IMG/VR virus record: IMGVR_UViG_3300020385_000012
Coordinates: 1,351-65,350 of that record
Length of the DNA stretch: 64,000 bases
From: a virus
Taxonomy: Duplodnaviria > Caudoviricetes
Direction: 5' to 3' (one strand)
The number at the start of each line of letters is the position of its first letter. Within the stretch, counting starts at the first letter, position 1. The notes beneath the pieces were generated by a model. It was not told the DNA's origin, made no database searches, and saw only the letters and a program-made list of their open reading frames with translations. This document shows positions 17,903 to 27,341 of the stretch, piece after piece. The position numbers and the translations under genes are program-made.

Positions 17903-18179
17903 ACAGACAGACAGTACTCCATTCGTCACTGCCTCTATGAAACACATAAACCCTGATAATCCTGCGGGTCATCGGTGGATAGCAGTTTCACGAGACCTTG
18001 AAAAGTTGGGTTATACGTTTGGAGCAATTGTCTGCATTGAAGGAATAAATAGAAAATTTGATGGTGACTGGGTTGTACAAGACCGAATGAATAAACGTTT
18101 TACTAAACGTATTGATTTACTTGTAAATGTTGGCACTATGGGAAAATGGAATAACATAAAAATTGAACTAAATGAGTAA
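17829..18179 (+). CDS. 3D-domain (MltA-like) peptidoglycan-associated protein
   Basis: Hydrophobic N-terminus; VTATVY..QTDSTP..TAS..IAVSRDL..VVQDRM..RIDL. Confidence 0.75.
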   Translation: MKNLILLTLFLKTYVTATVYHAVPEQTDSTPFVTASMKHINPDNPAGHRWIAVSRDLEKLGYTFGAIVCIEGINRKFDGDWVVQDRMNKRFTKRIDLLVNVGTMGKWNNIKIELNE

Positions 18180-18285
18180 CACAGCAAAAAATGCAAAGCA
18201 TTTAATTAAAGTTAATTACAGGGGTATTACAGATAAAATCAAAAAATTTCAAAAGCCGAGAAGAGCGACGAAAGCTAATAAATAA
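18172..18285 (+). CDS. Possible basic microprotein (37 aa)
   Basis: MSNTAKNAKHLIKVNYRG...; overlaps the upstream stop. Confidence 0.4.
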   Translation: MSNTAKNAKHLIKVNYRGITDKIKKFQKPRRATKANK

Positions 18286-18309
18286 TAATTAGTAAACAGC
18301 TAATGTCAC
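18265..18309. repeat. 45-bp imperfect palindrome, site C (11-23-11), over the HTH gene start
   Basis: GCGACGAAAGC-N23-GCTAATGTCAC; the right arm contains ATG 18303. Confidence 0.7.
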
Positions 18310-18941
18310 AAGAAAGAAACATACAGTGGCTGAATGATAAGCAGGTTATATATTATCGTAACCCTATCACAGATGAGCCAACCGAGTCAACTGATCTATA
18401 TGATTACTACGCGGAAGGTACGTATCAATGCTATAGTTTGTTCAGAAGTAAAGCAAAGATAACCACATATAAATCTTTAAAGTGGCATTTTCTAGTATTA
18501 TATTATTTAAATTATGATGGTATCGAAGGAGACCATTGGTCATTAGAAGATGATATGACTAGCATATTTAAATTTATTGCTAACAAAGAAAATGGATTTG
18601 TTACATTTTTTATGAAGCAAAAAATACTTAATAATATGATTAATGAAGTACTCGCTGTTGGCGATACACCTCCACGTAATCGTATACGTAAAGTTATATT
18701 TAAATTCAATACAGGATTAACATTGTCGCAAAAGTTGAGCATCGTTGGTACATTGATTGGTAAAGGCAAAAAAGTTTCAGAAGATGATATATACCAATGT
18801 ATGCTTGATTTGAACCACGAAAAACAAAAAATAACAATTAACAAACTGGCCAAACTATTAGGCTGTACAACACGTACAATACATAGAAACATGGGCAACC
18901 AATTAAAAACAGAAAAAGAATTACTTAATAACGAAATATGA
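18303..18941 (+). CDS. DNA-binding protein with C-terminal helix-turn-helix
   Basis: KITINKLAKLLGCTTRTIHRNM HTH. Confidence 0.75.
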   Translation: MSQERNIQWLNDKQVIYYRNPITDEPTESTDLYDYYAEGTYQCYSLFRSKAKITTYKSLKWHFLVLYYLNYDGIEGDHWSLEDDMTSIFKFIANKENGFVTFFMKQKILNNMINEVLAVGDTPPRNRIRKVIFKFNTGLTLSQKLSIVGTLIGKGKKVSEDDIYQCMLDLNHEKQKITINKLAKLLGCTTRTIHRNMGNQLKTEKELLNNEI

Positions 18942-19702
18942 AAAAATATAATATACCAATATATTTAAAGTATAAGCAAGAAGTTGAAGATGCGTGGGAA
19001 GATGTTAATAAACCAATTGACGGCGATTATACTGGATTAACTAATGATGAAATCATTATAAACTTTTTACCATTAGTAGAAAACATAGCAAGAAAACAAT
19101 CAACGTCTGATCAAGCTTCAGGTATATTATCAATACTTGATTTAATACAAGAAGGTAGTGCAGGTTTAATTGCTGCCACAAATAAATTAGATCGTGAAAC
19201 ATTAAGGAAGTCAGACGATCAAGAAAAAACATTAAAGTCGTTTTTATCTAAACGAATCAAAGGTGCAATCAGACGTGCAGTTGATATGAATAGAGGCGAA
19301 ATAAGAATACCCGAGCATAAATTAAATGAGATACGCAGAAATCCAAAAGACGAAAGATTAGTTTCAATGTTCTTTAACTCTGTATTTTCTTCAATTGATG
19401 CTAAGCCAAACAACGACGAAAATTTAGCTTATCAAGTTATAGATAAATCTGAACCATATAACATAGCTTTATTAAATACTTATTTGTTAGGACTAATGCG
19501 AACGCATTTAGACGAACGACAATATAATGTATTGAGATTAAGTTACGGATTAGATTGTGATAAGCATTCAGCAAACGAGATAGCATCAATAGTTGGAATC
19601 AATGTGAGTACTGCTCATGTTCGTATTTCACAGATAAAACGCGATGCTATACAAACCTTAATTGACAACGTAGACGGCTCGCAAGTGCTTGATTACCTGT
19701 AA
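18938..19702 (+). CDS. Sigma70-family RNA polymerase sigma factor
   Basis: Region 2 LPLVENIARK..DLIQEGSAGL..RIKGAIRRA..IRIP; region 4 LDERQYNVLRLSYGL..EIASIVGI..RISQIK. Confidence 0.9.
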   Translation: MKKYNIPIYLKYKQEVEDAWEDVNKPIDGDYTGLTNDEIIINFLPLVENIARKQSTSDQASGILSILDLIQEGSAGLIAATNKLDRETLRKSDDQEKTLKSFLSKRIKGAIRRAVDMNRGEIRIPEHKLNEIRRNPKDERLVSMFFNSVFSSIDAKPNNDENLAYQVIDKSEPYNIALLNTYLLGLMRTHLDERQYNVLRLSYGLDCDKHSANEIASIVGINVSTAHVRISQIKRDAIQTLIDNVDGSQVLDYL

Positions 19703-19736
19703 GTTACGGTGAATAGAGAATTTAAGTTTAATAATT

Positions 19737-19750
19737 AACATGTAATAATA
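19737..19750 (+). promoter_or_regulatory. Middle/late-promoter-like motif heading the replication operon
   Basis: AACATGTAATAATA, 5 nt before ATG 19756. Confidence 0.55.
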
Positions 19751-19755
19751 TTAAT

Positions 19756-20331
19756 ATGACCCTAAACCAAAAACTGTCAACCATTCAGACAAAATTTAAA
19801 TCGAAGAAAAGTAGATTTAACTCATTCGGCAAATACAACTTCAGATCAGCCGAAGACATTCTCGAAGCAATTAAACCCTATCTCTTAGAGTTAGGAGTGT
19901 CAGTAAGGATTAAAGAAAAATTAATCTCAACTGAACCTATGCCTATACTTGAAAGCACAGCTGTTATTCAAGATGAAAAAGGTATGGAATTGAAAGCTAC
20001 AGCATTAGTTGGTGTAGACTTAAATCAGAAGGGTATGCAAACTCCACAAAAGTTTGGTTCCGCTTCGAGTTACGGTAAAAAGTATGCACTTGGCAACTTA
20101 TTACTTATAGACGACACTCAAGATAGTGACGCAACAAACAGTCATGGCAAAGTTACTATTGCTAAGCCTAAACCAGTCGCAAACAAAGCTGAAATAAAAA
20201 ACAAAGAAGATGTTAAATTTCAAAAAGCTTTAGACTATATTAGAGCAGGTGGTAAAATGGCAGTGATTGAAAACAAGTATGTCTTAACACCAGATGTTAA
20301 GAAACAATTAATTGAATTAACTACATTGTAA
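19756..20331 (+). CDS. Erf-family ssDNA annealing protein
   Basis: NSFGKYNFRSAEDILEAIKP..GSASSYGKKYALGNLLLIDD..DSD. Confidence 0.9.
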   Translation: MTLNQKLSTIQTKFKSKKSRFNSFGKYNFRSAEDILEAIKPYLLELGVSVRIKEKLISTEPMPILESTAVIQDEKGMELKATALVGVDLNQKGMQTPQKFGSASSYGKKYALGNLLLIDDTQDSDATNSHGKVTIAKPKPVANKAEIKNKEDVKFQKALDYIRAGGKMAVIENKYVLTPDVKKQLIELTTL

Positions 20332-21063
20332 ATGAACAAAGAAAAGGTATTAGAAAAGTTAAAAGAAGATGAACATTATTATGGCAAGTTTGGTAAACAA
20401 TTCTTGAGTAACAGTGACATATCTACTTTGCTTACTAATCCTTTAGCTTTAGGCGAACAATCAAAAATGTCTTCAGCCTTTCTTGTTGGTGGTTATTTTC
20501 ATACTGCAATACTTGAACCGGATAAATTAAAAAAGTTTAAGATAATTGAAAGCAGTACGAGAAACACAAAACATTATAAAGAAATGTCTGGCGGCGAACT
20601 GTGTTTATTACAACACGAAGTCGATCAAATTGAATTGATGACCGACAAATTAATGAGTAATGATATATGCCGAGGTTTAGTCCGAGGTATAGATGTTGAG
20701 TATGAGAAGCCTGGTATAGTGGAGCTTGAAGGCAATATGTGGAAGGGAAAAGCTGACATCATAAACCATGATGATCAACTAATCATTGACCTGAAAACCA
20801 CTTCCGACATTCACGCTTTCAGGCGTTCCGCTTACCGTTATAATTACGACAGTCAGGCATACATCTATAGTAAATTATTCGGCTATGAATTTGTGTTTAT
20901 GGTAATAGATAAAAAGACACATCAAATAGCAGTTATTGATTGCTCACCAGATTTTTATAAGTCAGGTGAGGCTAAAGTTAAAAGAGCCACTGAGGCTTAC
21001 GACTTATTTTTTAAAACCGAAGGATTTGAACCTTCACAATATTTTATGAATTTAACCCTTTAA
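20332..21063 (+). CDS. PD-(D/E)xK exonuclease (RecE/ExoVIII-like)
   Basis: LSNS..G.YFHTAILEP..KGKADI..IIDLKTT..YDSQAYIY. Confidence 0.85.
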   Translation: MNKEKVLEKLKEDEHYYGKFGKQFLSNSDISTLLTNPLALGEQSKMSSAFLVGGYFHTAILEPDKLKKFKIIESSTRNTKHYKEMSGGELCLLQHEVDQIELMTDKLMSNDICRGLVRGIDVEYEKPGIVELEGNMWKGKADIINHDDQLIIDLKTTSDIHAFRRSAYRYNYDSQAYIYSKLFGYEFVFMVIDKKTHQIAVIDCSPDFYKSGEAKVKRATEAYDLFFKTEGFEPSQYFMNLTL

Positions 21064-21076
21064 AACCCTTATTATT

Positions 21077-21295
21077 ATGGCAAGAAGAAAAAAAGCAACA
21101 ACAAAATTATGTGCAATGACGGGAATGACATTTCCGACAACAGAGTTTTATGCAAACAAAACATCTTCGGATGGATTGCATGCGTATAGCAAAAAAGCTG
21201 ACAACTTCAGAAGAAGATTACAAGCTACAGGAGCTACAGTAGGAACTACTGAGCTAAGAACTATGTTCAATAACTTATTTCAAACAGCAGTATAA
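21077..21295 (+). CDS. Hypothetical protein
   Basis: 72-aa ORF in operon. Confidence 0.7.
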   Translation: MARRKKATTKLCAMTGMTFPTTEFYANKTSSDGLHAYSKKADNFRRRLQATGATVGTTELRTMFNNLFQTAV

Positions 21296-21296
21296 T

Positions 21297-21608
21297 ATGG
21301 CTAGTATAATTAAAACAAGTATTAACCTAAACGAGATACCAAAAGACAAGATCATTATTGGTAAGAAAGGTAAGTATTTACCTATTACAATTACTATCAA
21401 TGATGAAGTTGATCAGTTTGGTAATCAAGGACCGGTTGTAGTTGCTCAATCCAAGGAGGAAAGAGAAGCTAAAAATCCTAAAGTTTATTTAGGTAATGTT
21501 CAAGTAGTTTGGACAAATGGTGATAATGTTGATGCAGCACCAAGATCAGATCAACCAACACAAGCAGCGGCTCCGGCTCCTGCAGTAGCAGATGATTTAC
21601 CATTTTAA
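21297..21608 (+). CDS. Probable single-stranded DNA-binding protein
   Basis: C-terminal DDLPF tail; between recombination genes and primase. Confidence 0.75.
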   Translation: MASIIKTSINLNEIPKDKIIIGKKGKYLPITITINDEVDQFGNQGPVVVAQSKEEREAKNPKVYLGNVQVVWTNGDNVDAAPRSDQPTQAAAPAPAVADDLPF

Positions 21609-21619
21609 ATAGTTAGTTA

Positions 21620-23344
21620 ATGCAAGTAAACAACACGGAGATTAATGGTTTTTTAATCGACCAGTTTAACCAACACAATTTAGCTGTTGGTAAAGCGCAG
21701 GGGATTTGTCCCCTGTGTTCGTCTAATAGAAAACCAGAAAATAGAAAACAAAAGTGTGCCTCTTACGATTGGGAAAGAGGTTTGGGTACTTGCCATCACT
21801 GTGATTCAACATTTCAATTACATTCATATCAACGTAAAGGGTCTGCACTCAAAGAGTATGTTAGGCCCAATGCGTTGGATGTTGTTGACCCTAAACAATT
21901 AGGTTCAAAAGTATATGAGTGGTTCCAATCACGAGGTATATCTCAAAAAACTTTAGATGAATTAAATGTCACGGAAGGTAAAGAGTTTATGCCACAGACC
22001 GGCAAGCCCGAGAATACAATTCAATTTAATTATATAATGGGCGACCAACTCATTAATGTTAAATATAGAGACGGCAGAAAGAATTTCAAATTATACAAAG
22101 GTGCTGAGAAGATATTTTATAACATTAATAGTATAGTTGGTTATGACGATTGTATAATAACAGAAGGTGAAATGGATGTGTTAGCACTACATGAAGCTGG
22201 AATTAAAAATGCAATATCAGTTCCTAACGGAGCTACACTAAATTCAAATAATTTAGATTATTTGGATAACTGTATAGATTACTTTGAGAATAAAGAAAAA
22301 GTAATACTAGCTGTAGATAATGACGAACCAGGTCAAGCACTACAACAAGAATTTATAAGACGACTCGGAGCAGAAGTTTGTTATTTAGTTACATTTGAAG
22401 ATTGCAAAGATGCAAATGAATATTTAATAAAATACGGTAAAGAGAAATTAATTAAACGTATTGAAGGGGCTAGACCAGTTCCATTAGAAAATGTAACAAC
22501 TTTTAAAGATATAGAAGATGAAATTACAGACTTTGTTAAAAATGGTTTCAAACGTGGGTATCAAATTGGTTTACCTAATTTTGATAACATTTTTAGTACT
22601 TATACTGGTCAGTTTATCACTGTTACTGGGATACCTAGTAGCGGAAAATCAGATTTCGTTGATCAGATGGTAGTTGGTTATAACCAAAACTATGCATGGA
22701 AAACAGCATTTGCATCGCCTGAGAATGCACCAACATATTTACATGCTCATAAACTAATGAGAAAAGTTTGGCAAGATATGCCACGTAAGCATGATATTGG
22801 TACAGACAAATGGAATCAAGTAGCAGAACACGTTAATGATAATTTCTTTTTCATTGATATGGAAAGATACACGCTTGAATCTGTATTGCGTAAAGGTGCT
22901 GAGTTAGTAAAACGTAAAGGTATTAAATGTTTAGTCATAGACCCATTTAATAAAATCAGAGACGTCGATTGTAAAACTGAAGACGTTAATAGATACACAA
23001 TGGAGTATCTAACAAAGATTGAAACGTTTGCTAAAAAGTATGACGTATTAGTGTTTATAGTAGCACATCCAACTAAGATGTATAAAGATAGTAATGGTAA
23101 GATTGAAGAACCAACTATGTATAATATTAAAGGTGGAGGTGAATGGTATGACGCATCTTACCACGGTATATTAGTTCATAGAGATTATGAAAACAAAACT
23201 GTTAAAGCTAAAATACTTAAAGTTAAGTTTCAGAATTTAGGAGAGAACGGAGCTGAAGCTCATTTTACGTGGGAACCTAAATCTGGTTGCTTTATACCGC
23301 ACGAACTTGCTATACACGACGATGAACCAATGCCCTGGGATTAA
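21620..23344 (+). CDS. DNA primase-helicase (T7 gp4/Twinkle-like)
   Basis: Zn finger CPLC..CHHC; TOPRIM ITEGEMD..DND..KDANE; Walker A GIPSSGKS; IVAHP. Confidence 0.95.
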   Translation: MQVNNTEINGFLIDQFNQHNLAVGKAQGICPLCSSNRKPENRKQKCASYDWERGLGTCHHCDSTFQLHSYQRKGSALKEYVRPNALDVVDPKQLGSKVYEWFQSRGISQKTLDELNVTEGKEFMPQTGKPENTIQFNYIMGDQLINVKYRDGRKNFKLYKGAEKIFYNINSIVGYDDCIITEGEMDVLALHEAGIKNAISVPNGATLNSNNLDYLDNCIDYFENKEKVILAVDNDEPGQALQQEFIRRLGAEVCYLVTFEDCKDANEYLIKYGKEKLIKRIEGARPVPLENVTTFKDIEDEITDFVKNGFKRGYQIGLPNFDNIFSTYTGQFITVTGIPSSGKSDFVDQMVVGYNQNYAWKTAFASPENAPTYLHAHKLMRKVWQDMPRKHDIGTDKWNQVAEHVNDNFFFIDMERYTLESVLRKGAELVKRKGIKCLVIDPFNKIRDVDCKTEDVNRYTMEYLTKIETFAKKYDVLVFIVAHPTKMYKDSNGKIEEPTMYNIKGGGEWYDASYHGILVHRDYENKTVKAKILKVKFQNLGENGAEAHFTWEPKSGCFIPHELAIHDDEPMPWD

Positions 23345-23625
23345 TGAAAAGTTTATATAAAAGAAGAAAGAAAAACTATTTGCCTTCATACATGGCTTCG
23401 CCTGAAGAACAAGAATGGAAATTATTTTGTACAAGAAAGAACATAAGAATTTCACCTTGGGCTATGCCACAAGATGGTCAATGGAAAATATGTATAAACT
23501 TAGGCCCGTATAAAAAAGGAGAGAAGTGTAACTTTGCTCCACACGTATACGATAAAGAAACACTATGGCCAGAATATTATAGAATGTGTAAATATTATTA
23601 TGATAAATATAGAAAATCAGTATAG
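23344..23625 (+). CDS. Hypothetical protein
   Basis: TAATG coupling to the primase-helicase. Confidence 0.65.
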   Translation: MKSLYKRRKKNYLPSYMASPEEQEWKLFCTRKNIRISPWAMPQDGQWKICINLGPYKKGEKCNFAPHVYDKETLWPEYYRMCKYYYDKYRKSV

Positions 23626-24448
23626 AGGATTAGTTGCTGCAATATTACAGTCAGCTCCTAATAAAGAAGATAGAACAGGTGTTGGAACTAAATCTGTATT
23701 TGGCAGACAGTTAACACACGATATGTCTATAGGCTTTCCCTTACTTACAAATAAAAAAATGTATTTCAATTCCGCAAGAACAGAATTACTATGGATATTA
23801 AATGGTAGAACAGATATGAAATACTTACAGGATAACAACGTGTCTTATTGGGATGCTGATTACAAAAGATCAGGCAGAACAGATGGTACTCTTGGCCCTG
23901 TATATGGCCATCAATGGCGTAAGTGGAAGATAGCAGATGGTGCATACACAAGATATGCAGATCAATTGTATAATTTAGTTAAAAACATTAAGGAAAATCC
24001 TAACTCAAGGAGATTAGTAGTTAACGCATGGAATGCGTCTGAATTAGATAATATGGCATTGCCTCCTTGTCATTATGCTTTTCAAGTATATATAAATAAC
24101 GGCAAAATGGATTTAATGTGGATTCAAAGATCTGCTGATGTGTTTTTAGGATTGCCTTACGATATAGCTATGTATGGTTTATTATTAGAATTATTATGTA
24201 AAGAAACAGAATATATTCCTGGTAAACTTATAGCTCAACTTGGTGATTGTCATATATACAATAATCATATTGATGCTGCAACCTGTTATATGTACAGAAG
24301 AGAATCAAATAACCTACCCGAATTAAAATTAAATGAGGGTATTAAGATAATAGATGATAAATTACATATACCAAATAAAGAATCTATTGAGATATTAAAC
24401 TATAACCCTTTGCCAGCAATACCGGCAAAATTAAACGTTGGAAAATAA
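23600..24448 (+). CDS. thyA: Thymidylate synthase
   Basis: DRTGVGT, ELLW, LGPVYGHQWR, LPPCH, QRSADVFLGLPYD, DCHIY; start moved to ATG 23600. Confidence 0.97.
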   Translation: MINIENQYRGLVAAILQSAPNKEDRTGVGTKSVFGRQLTHDMSIGFPLLTNKKMYFNSARTELLWILNGRTDMKYLQDNNVSYWDADYKRSGRTDGTLGPVYGHQWRKWKIADGAYTRYADQLYNLVKNIKENPNSRRLVVNAWNASELDNMALPPCHYAFQVYINNGKMDLMWIQRSADVFLGLPYDIAMYGLLLELLCKETEYIPGKLIAQLGDCHIYNNHIDAATCYMYRRESNNLPELKLNEGIKIIDDKLHIPNKESIEILNYNPLPAIPAKLNVGK

Positions 24449-25215
24449 TGTATTATTTATATCATATTCCAGGTAAAAAAATCGGCGTTACACGTAATCT
24501 TAATAAGAGAGTTACGCAAACGCAGGGTTATAAGCCTACTGAATACGAAGTTTTAGATCAGTCTGATGATATAGATTACATATCCCAGAAAGAACTAGAA
24601 CTTCAAAAGTCTTATGGCTATAAAGTAGATATTAAACCTTATAAAAATTTATTTAAAATGAAAATAAACGTAACCGATCAAACCACAACATTCCCTGTTC
24701 CTGTTGCTAAAGTTAAAGGCAGATTAATGGATCAAATTGGGATGACATGGACAACCAGCTTTGGTAAAATATTATTAGATGTTGAAATAGCACAATGGAT
24801 TGCATCTAATGCACATACGTCCATGTTTAATAGCGATAGAAGCTATGTATATAATAAAGCATTATGGGAATTTTATTGTTCACATAACAGCTTAGAATCA
24901 TTAAACATTGATGCTGAACAAAACATATTTGATAGTATTAGAACTTGGGCCAAAGTAAGAGGCTTATATGAAAAGGGTGATGAGAACACTCAATATGTAA
25001 AACTTCAAGAAGAAGCTGGCGAGTTAGCTAAAGCTTTATTAAAGAATGACCAACCTGAAGTTATCGATGCTATCGGTGACATTATAGTTGTTCTTACTAA
25101 CTTGGCACATTTAAGAGGTGTTAAGATTGAAGATTGTATTGACTCAGCTTATAATGTTATTAGCAAGAGAACAGGAAAAATGATTAACGGAACATTTGTG
25201 AAAGATGAGCTGTAA
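24448..25215 (+). CDS. MazG-like NTP pyrophosphohydrolase with N-terminal GIY-YIG-like segment
   Basis: C-terminal KLQEEAGELA..DAIGDIIVVL; N-terminal YYLYHI..KIGVTRNL.KR. Confidence 0.75.
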   Translation: MYYLYHIPGKKIGVTRNLNKRVTQTQGYKPTEYEVLDQSDDIDYISQKELELQKSYGYKVDIKPYKNLFKMKINVTDQTTTFPVPVAKVKGRLMDQIGMTWTTSFGKILLDVEIAQWIASNAHTSMFNSDRSYVYNKALWEFYCSHNSLESLNIDAEQNIFDSIRTWAKVRGLYEKGDENTQYVKLQEEAGELAKALLKNDQPEVIDAIGDIIVVLTNLAHLRGVKIEDCIDSAYNVISKRTGKMINGTFVKDEL

Positions 25216-25423
25216 ATGTAAATTCAGAGACCCTGTTGTTGAAAGAGTCGTAGACAAGTTCAAACAACGATCAGATGTAGGCTATAAAAAATATGGCGTT
25301 ACACTTGATGAAGACCCCTCTAAAATGATTGACTGGCTTAATCATTTACAAGAAGAGTTGATGGATGCTGTATTGTATTTACAAAAAGCTAAAGAAACTT
25401 ATGAGAAAGAAAAGAGTATATAA
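25205..25423 (+). CDS. Small all-alpha NTP-pyrophosphatase-like phage protein
   Basis: RSDVGYKKYG.TL..WLNHLQEELMDAVLY. Confidence 0.6.
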   Translation: MSCKCKFRDPVVERVVDKFKQRSDVGYKKYGVTLDEDPSKMIDWLNHLQEELMDAVLYLQKAKETYEKEKSI

Positions 25424-25856
25424 AAGAAAGAGAGGTCCTGTTGTAGCTAAAAAAGTTATTTACGATGGGATCCACTTCGCTTCTGGTTTAGAAAAATATA
25501 TGTATAAAGCTCTCAAGATGGCTAATATAAAAGCTAAATACGAAGGCGAAACTTTTGTATTAATAAATGGTTTTCATTTTGAAAACAAAGTATACGAAAG
25601 ACAGTCTAATAGTAAAGGCATATTTAAAAATAGAGGTTGTAAAAGAATACTACCAATTAAATACACGCCAGACTTTATAGGAGAAGATTTTATAATAGAA
25701 ACTAAAGGTAGACCTAATGAATCGTTTCCAATACGTTGGAAATTATTTAAACATTTAATGACAAAACAATTTCCAGGTTACACTTTATATAAACCACAAA
25801 ATCAAAAAGAATGCGATCAGGTAATAGAATTAATAAAAACGCCGGAAAGCATTTAG
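25401..25856 (+). CDS. Endonuclease I-like Holliday junction resolvase
   Basis: FASGLE..YE..YTPDF..IIETKG (T7 gp3-like). Confidence 0.85.
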   Translation: MRKKRVYKRKRGPVVAKKVIYDGIHFASGLEKYMYKALKMANIKAKYEGETFVLINGFHFENKVYERQSNSKGIFKNRGCKRILPIKYTPDFIGEDFIIETKGRPNESFPIRWKLFKHLMTKQFPGYTLYKPQNQKECDQVIELIKTPESI

Positions 25857-25984
25857 CTCGAAGGAAATATAAAGAACGTAAAATAGACACGTACATTAAA
25901 TGGTCAATAAACAAAAGAGGCTATTTAAAATGGAAAGATCTTATAATGATACACGAACAATATAATATAAAATGTTATGGATGA
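25811..25984 (+). CDS. Small basic protein (57 aa)
   Basis: Hand-translated MRSGNRINKNAGKHLARRKY... Confidence 0.45.
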   Translation: MRSGNRINKNAGKHLARRKYKERKIDTYIKWSINKRGYLKWKDLIMIHEQYNIKCYG

Positions 25985-26132
25985 GAAAGAAGAACCATCA
26001 GGAACATGGAGTATGGCATTAGGAACATACCCAGGAGTACTATTTGGGGCTAGAACTTATGAAGGCCCAACACACACACAACACGTATTTTATCTACCCT
26101 TTGTGGATATAGCAATAGAAATAAAAAATTAA
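25977..26132 (+). CDS. Small protein (51 aa)
   Basis: Hand-translated MDEKEEPSGTWSMALGTYPGVLFGARTY..YLPFVDI; ends 2 nt before nrdB. Confidence 0.6.
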   Translation: MDEKEEPSGTWSMALGTYPGVLFGARTYEGPTHTQHVFYLPFVDIAIEIKN

Positions 26133-26134
26133 TT

Positions 26135-27127
26135 ATGAAAGCACCATTATTTACAGAAAGAATTCCGTACAAACCATTTGAATATCCTGAGTATTACACA
26201 GAGGGTTGGTTAAAACAAGCTCAGGCCTTTTGGCTACATACTGAAATTCCTATGTCCGGTGATTTAAAAGATTGGAACGAAAAACTAAATGACAAAGAGA
26301 AGAACTTGGTCGGAAACATACTACTCGGCTTCGCCCAGACAGAGTGTGCAGTCTCCGACTATTGGACGCAAAATGTTGTCTCGTGGTTTCCTAAGCACGA
26401 GATTCAACAAATGGCAATGATGTTTGGTAGTCAAGAGACTATCCACGCCGTTGCATACAGCTACTTGAATGAAACTTTAGGTCTTGAAGACTATGAAGCA
26501 TTCTTGCATGAACCAGCTACAGCAAAAAGATTTGAAAATCTAGTTGCTTATGAAGGTAACGATCCCGTAGGTATTGGTAAAAGTCTTGCAGTATTTTCTG
26601 CATTTGCTGAAGGTGTATCTTTATATTCTGCATTCGCTGTGCTATACAGTTTTCAAATGCGTAATATGCTTAAAGGTATAGGTCAACAAATGAAGTGGTC
26701 TGTAAGAGATGAATCATTACACAGTAAAATGGGATGCCAGTTATTTAGACATATGTGTTCACAAATACCAGGTCTAAAACAAGAGTGCGAGCCACATATA
26801 TATTTGGCCGCTTTAGAAATGCACAATGCTGAAATGTCTTATATAAATAAGATGTTTGAGATGGGTGATATAGAAAATTTAACAGCTTATGACTTACAAC
26901 ACTTCATCAAAAAAAGAGTTGGCGACAAACTTGAAGAGCTCGGCTACACTGAAAGAAAATACAAGCAGTGGGACTGGACAGAAAAATCGTATGACCAAAA
27001 ATCAATTGACAAAATGGCTTGGTTCGATCATCTTACTGGGGGTCACACTCACACTGATTTCTTCGCTATTAGGCCGACTGACTATAGTAAAGCAAACGAA
27101 GGAGAAGATTTTGAAGACGTTTGGTAA
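26135..27127 (+). CDS. nrdB: Ribonucleotide reductase class I beta subunit
   Basis: FW...E, ETIHAVAYS, FAEGVSLYSAF, RDESLH diiron motifs. Confidence 0.95.
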   Translation: MKAPLFTERIPYKPFEYPEYYTEGWLKQAQAFWLHTEIPMSGDLKDWNEKLNDKEKNLVGNILLGFAQTECAVSDYWTQNVVSWFPKHEIQQMAMMFGSQETIHAVAYSYLNETLGLEDYEAFLHEPATAKRFENLVAYEGNDPVGIGKSLAVFSAFAEGVSLYSAFAVLYSFQMRNMLKGIGQQMKWSVRDESLHSKMGCQLFRHMCSQIPGLKQECEPHIYLAALEMHNAEMSYINKMFEMGDIENLTAYDLQHFIKKRVGDKLEELGYTERKYKQWDWTEKSYDQKSIDKMAWFDHLTGGHTHTDFFAIRPTDYSKANEGEDFEDVW

Positions 27128-27137
27128 AAATTAAATT

Positions 27138-27341
27138 ATGGGAGTACAAAAAAACATTAAACAATTGCAAGAGCAAGTGGGAATTTTAAGTGGTGCTTTA
27201 ACTAATGCATTAAAAGAATTAGATGCTTTAAAAGTATTGTCTCAAGGGACATTAACAGCATTTCAATTACATATTGGTAAAGACGACTGGGACAAACTTG
27301 TTGAAGAACTTAAAGATTTAGATAAAAGAGATGTGGAATAA
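27138..27341 (+). CDS. Hypothetical protein between nrdB and nrdA
   Basis: 67-aa ORF, coiled-coil-like. Confidence 0.65.
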   Translation: MGVQKNIKQLQEQVGILSGALTNALKELDALKVLSQGTLTAFQLHIGKDDWDKLVEELKDLDKRDVE

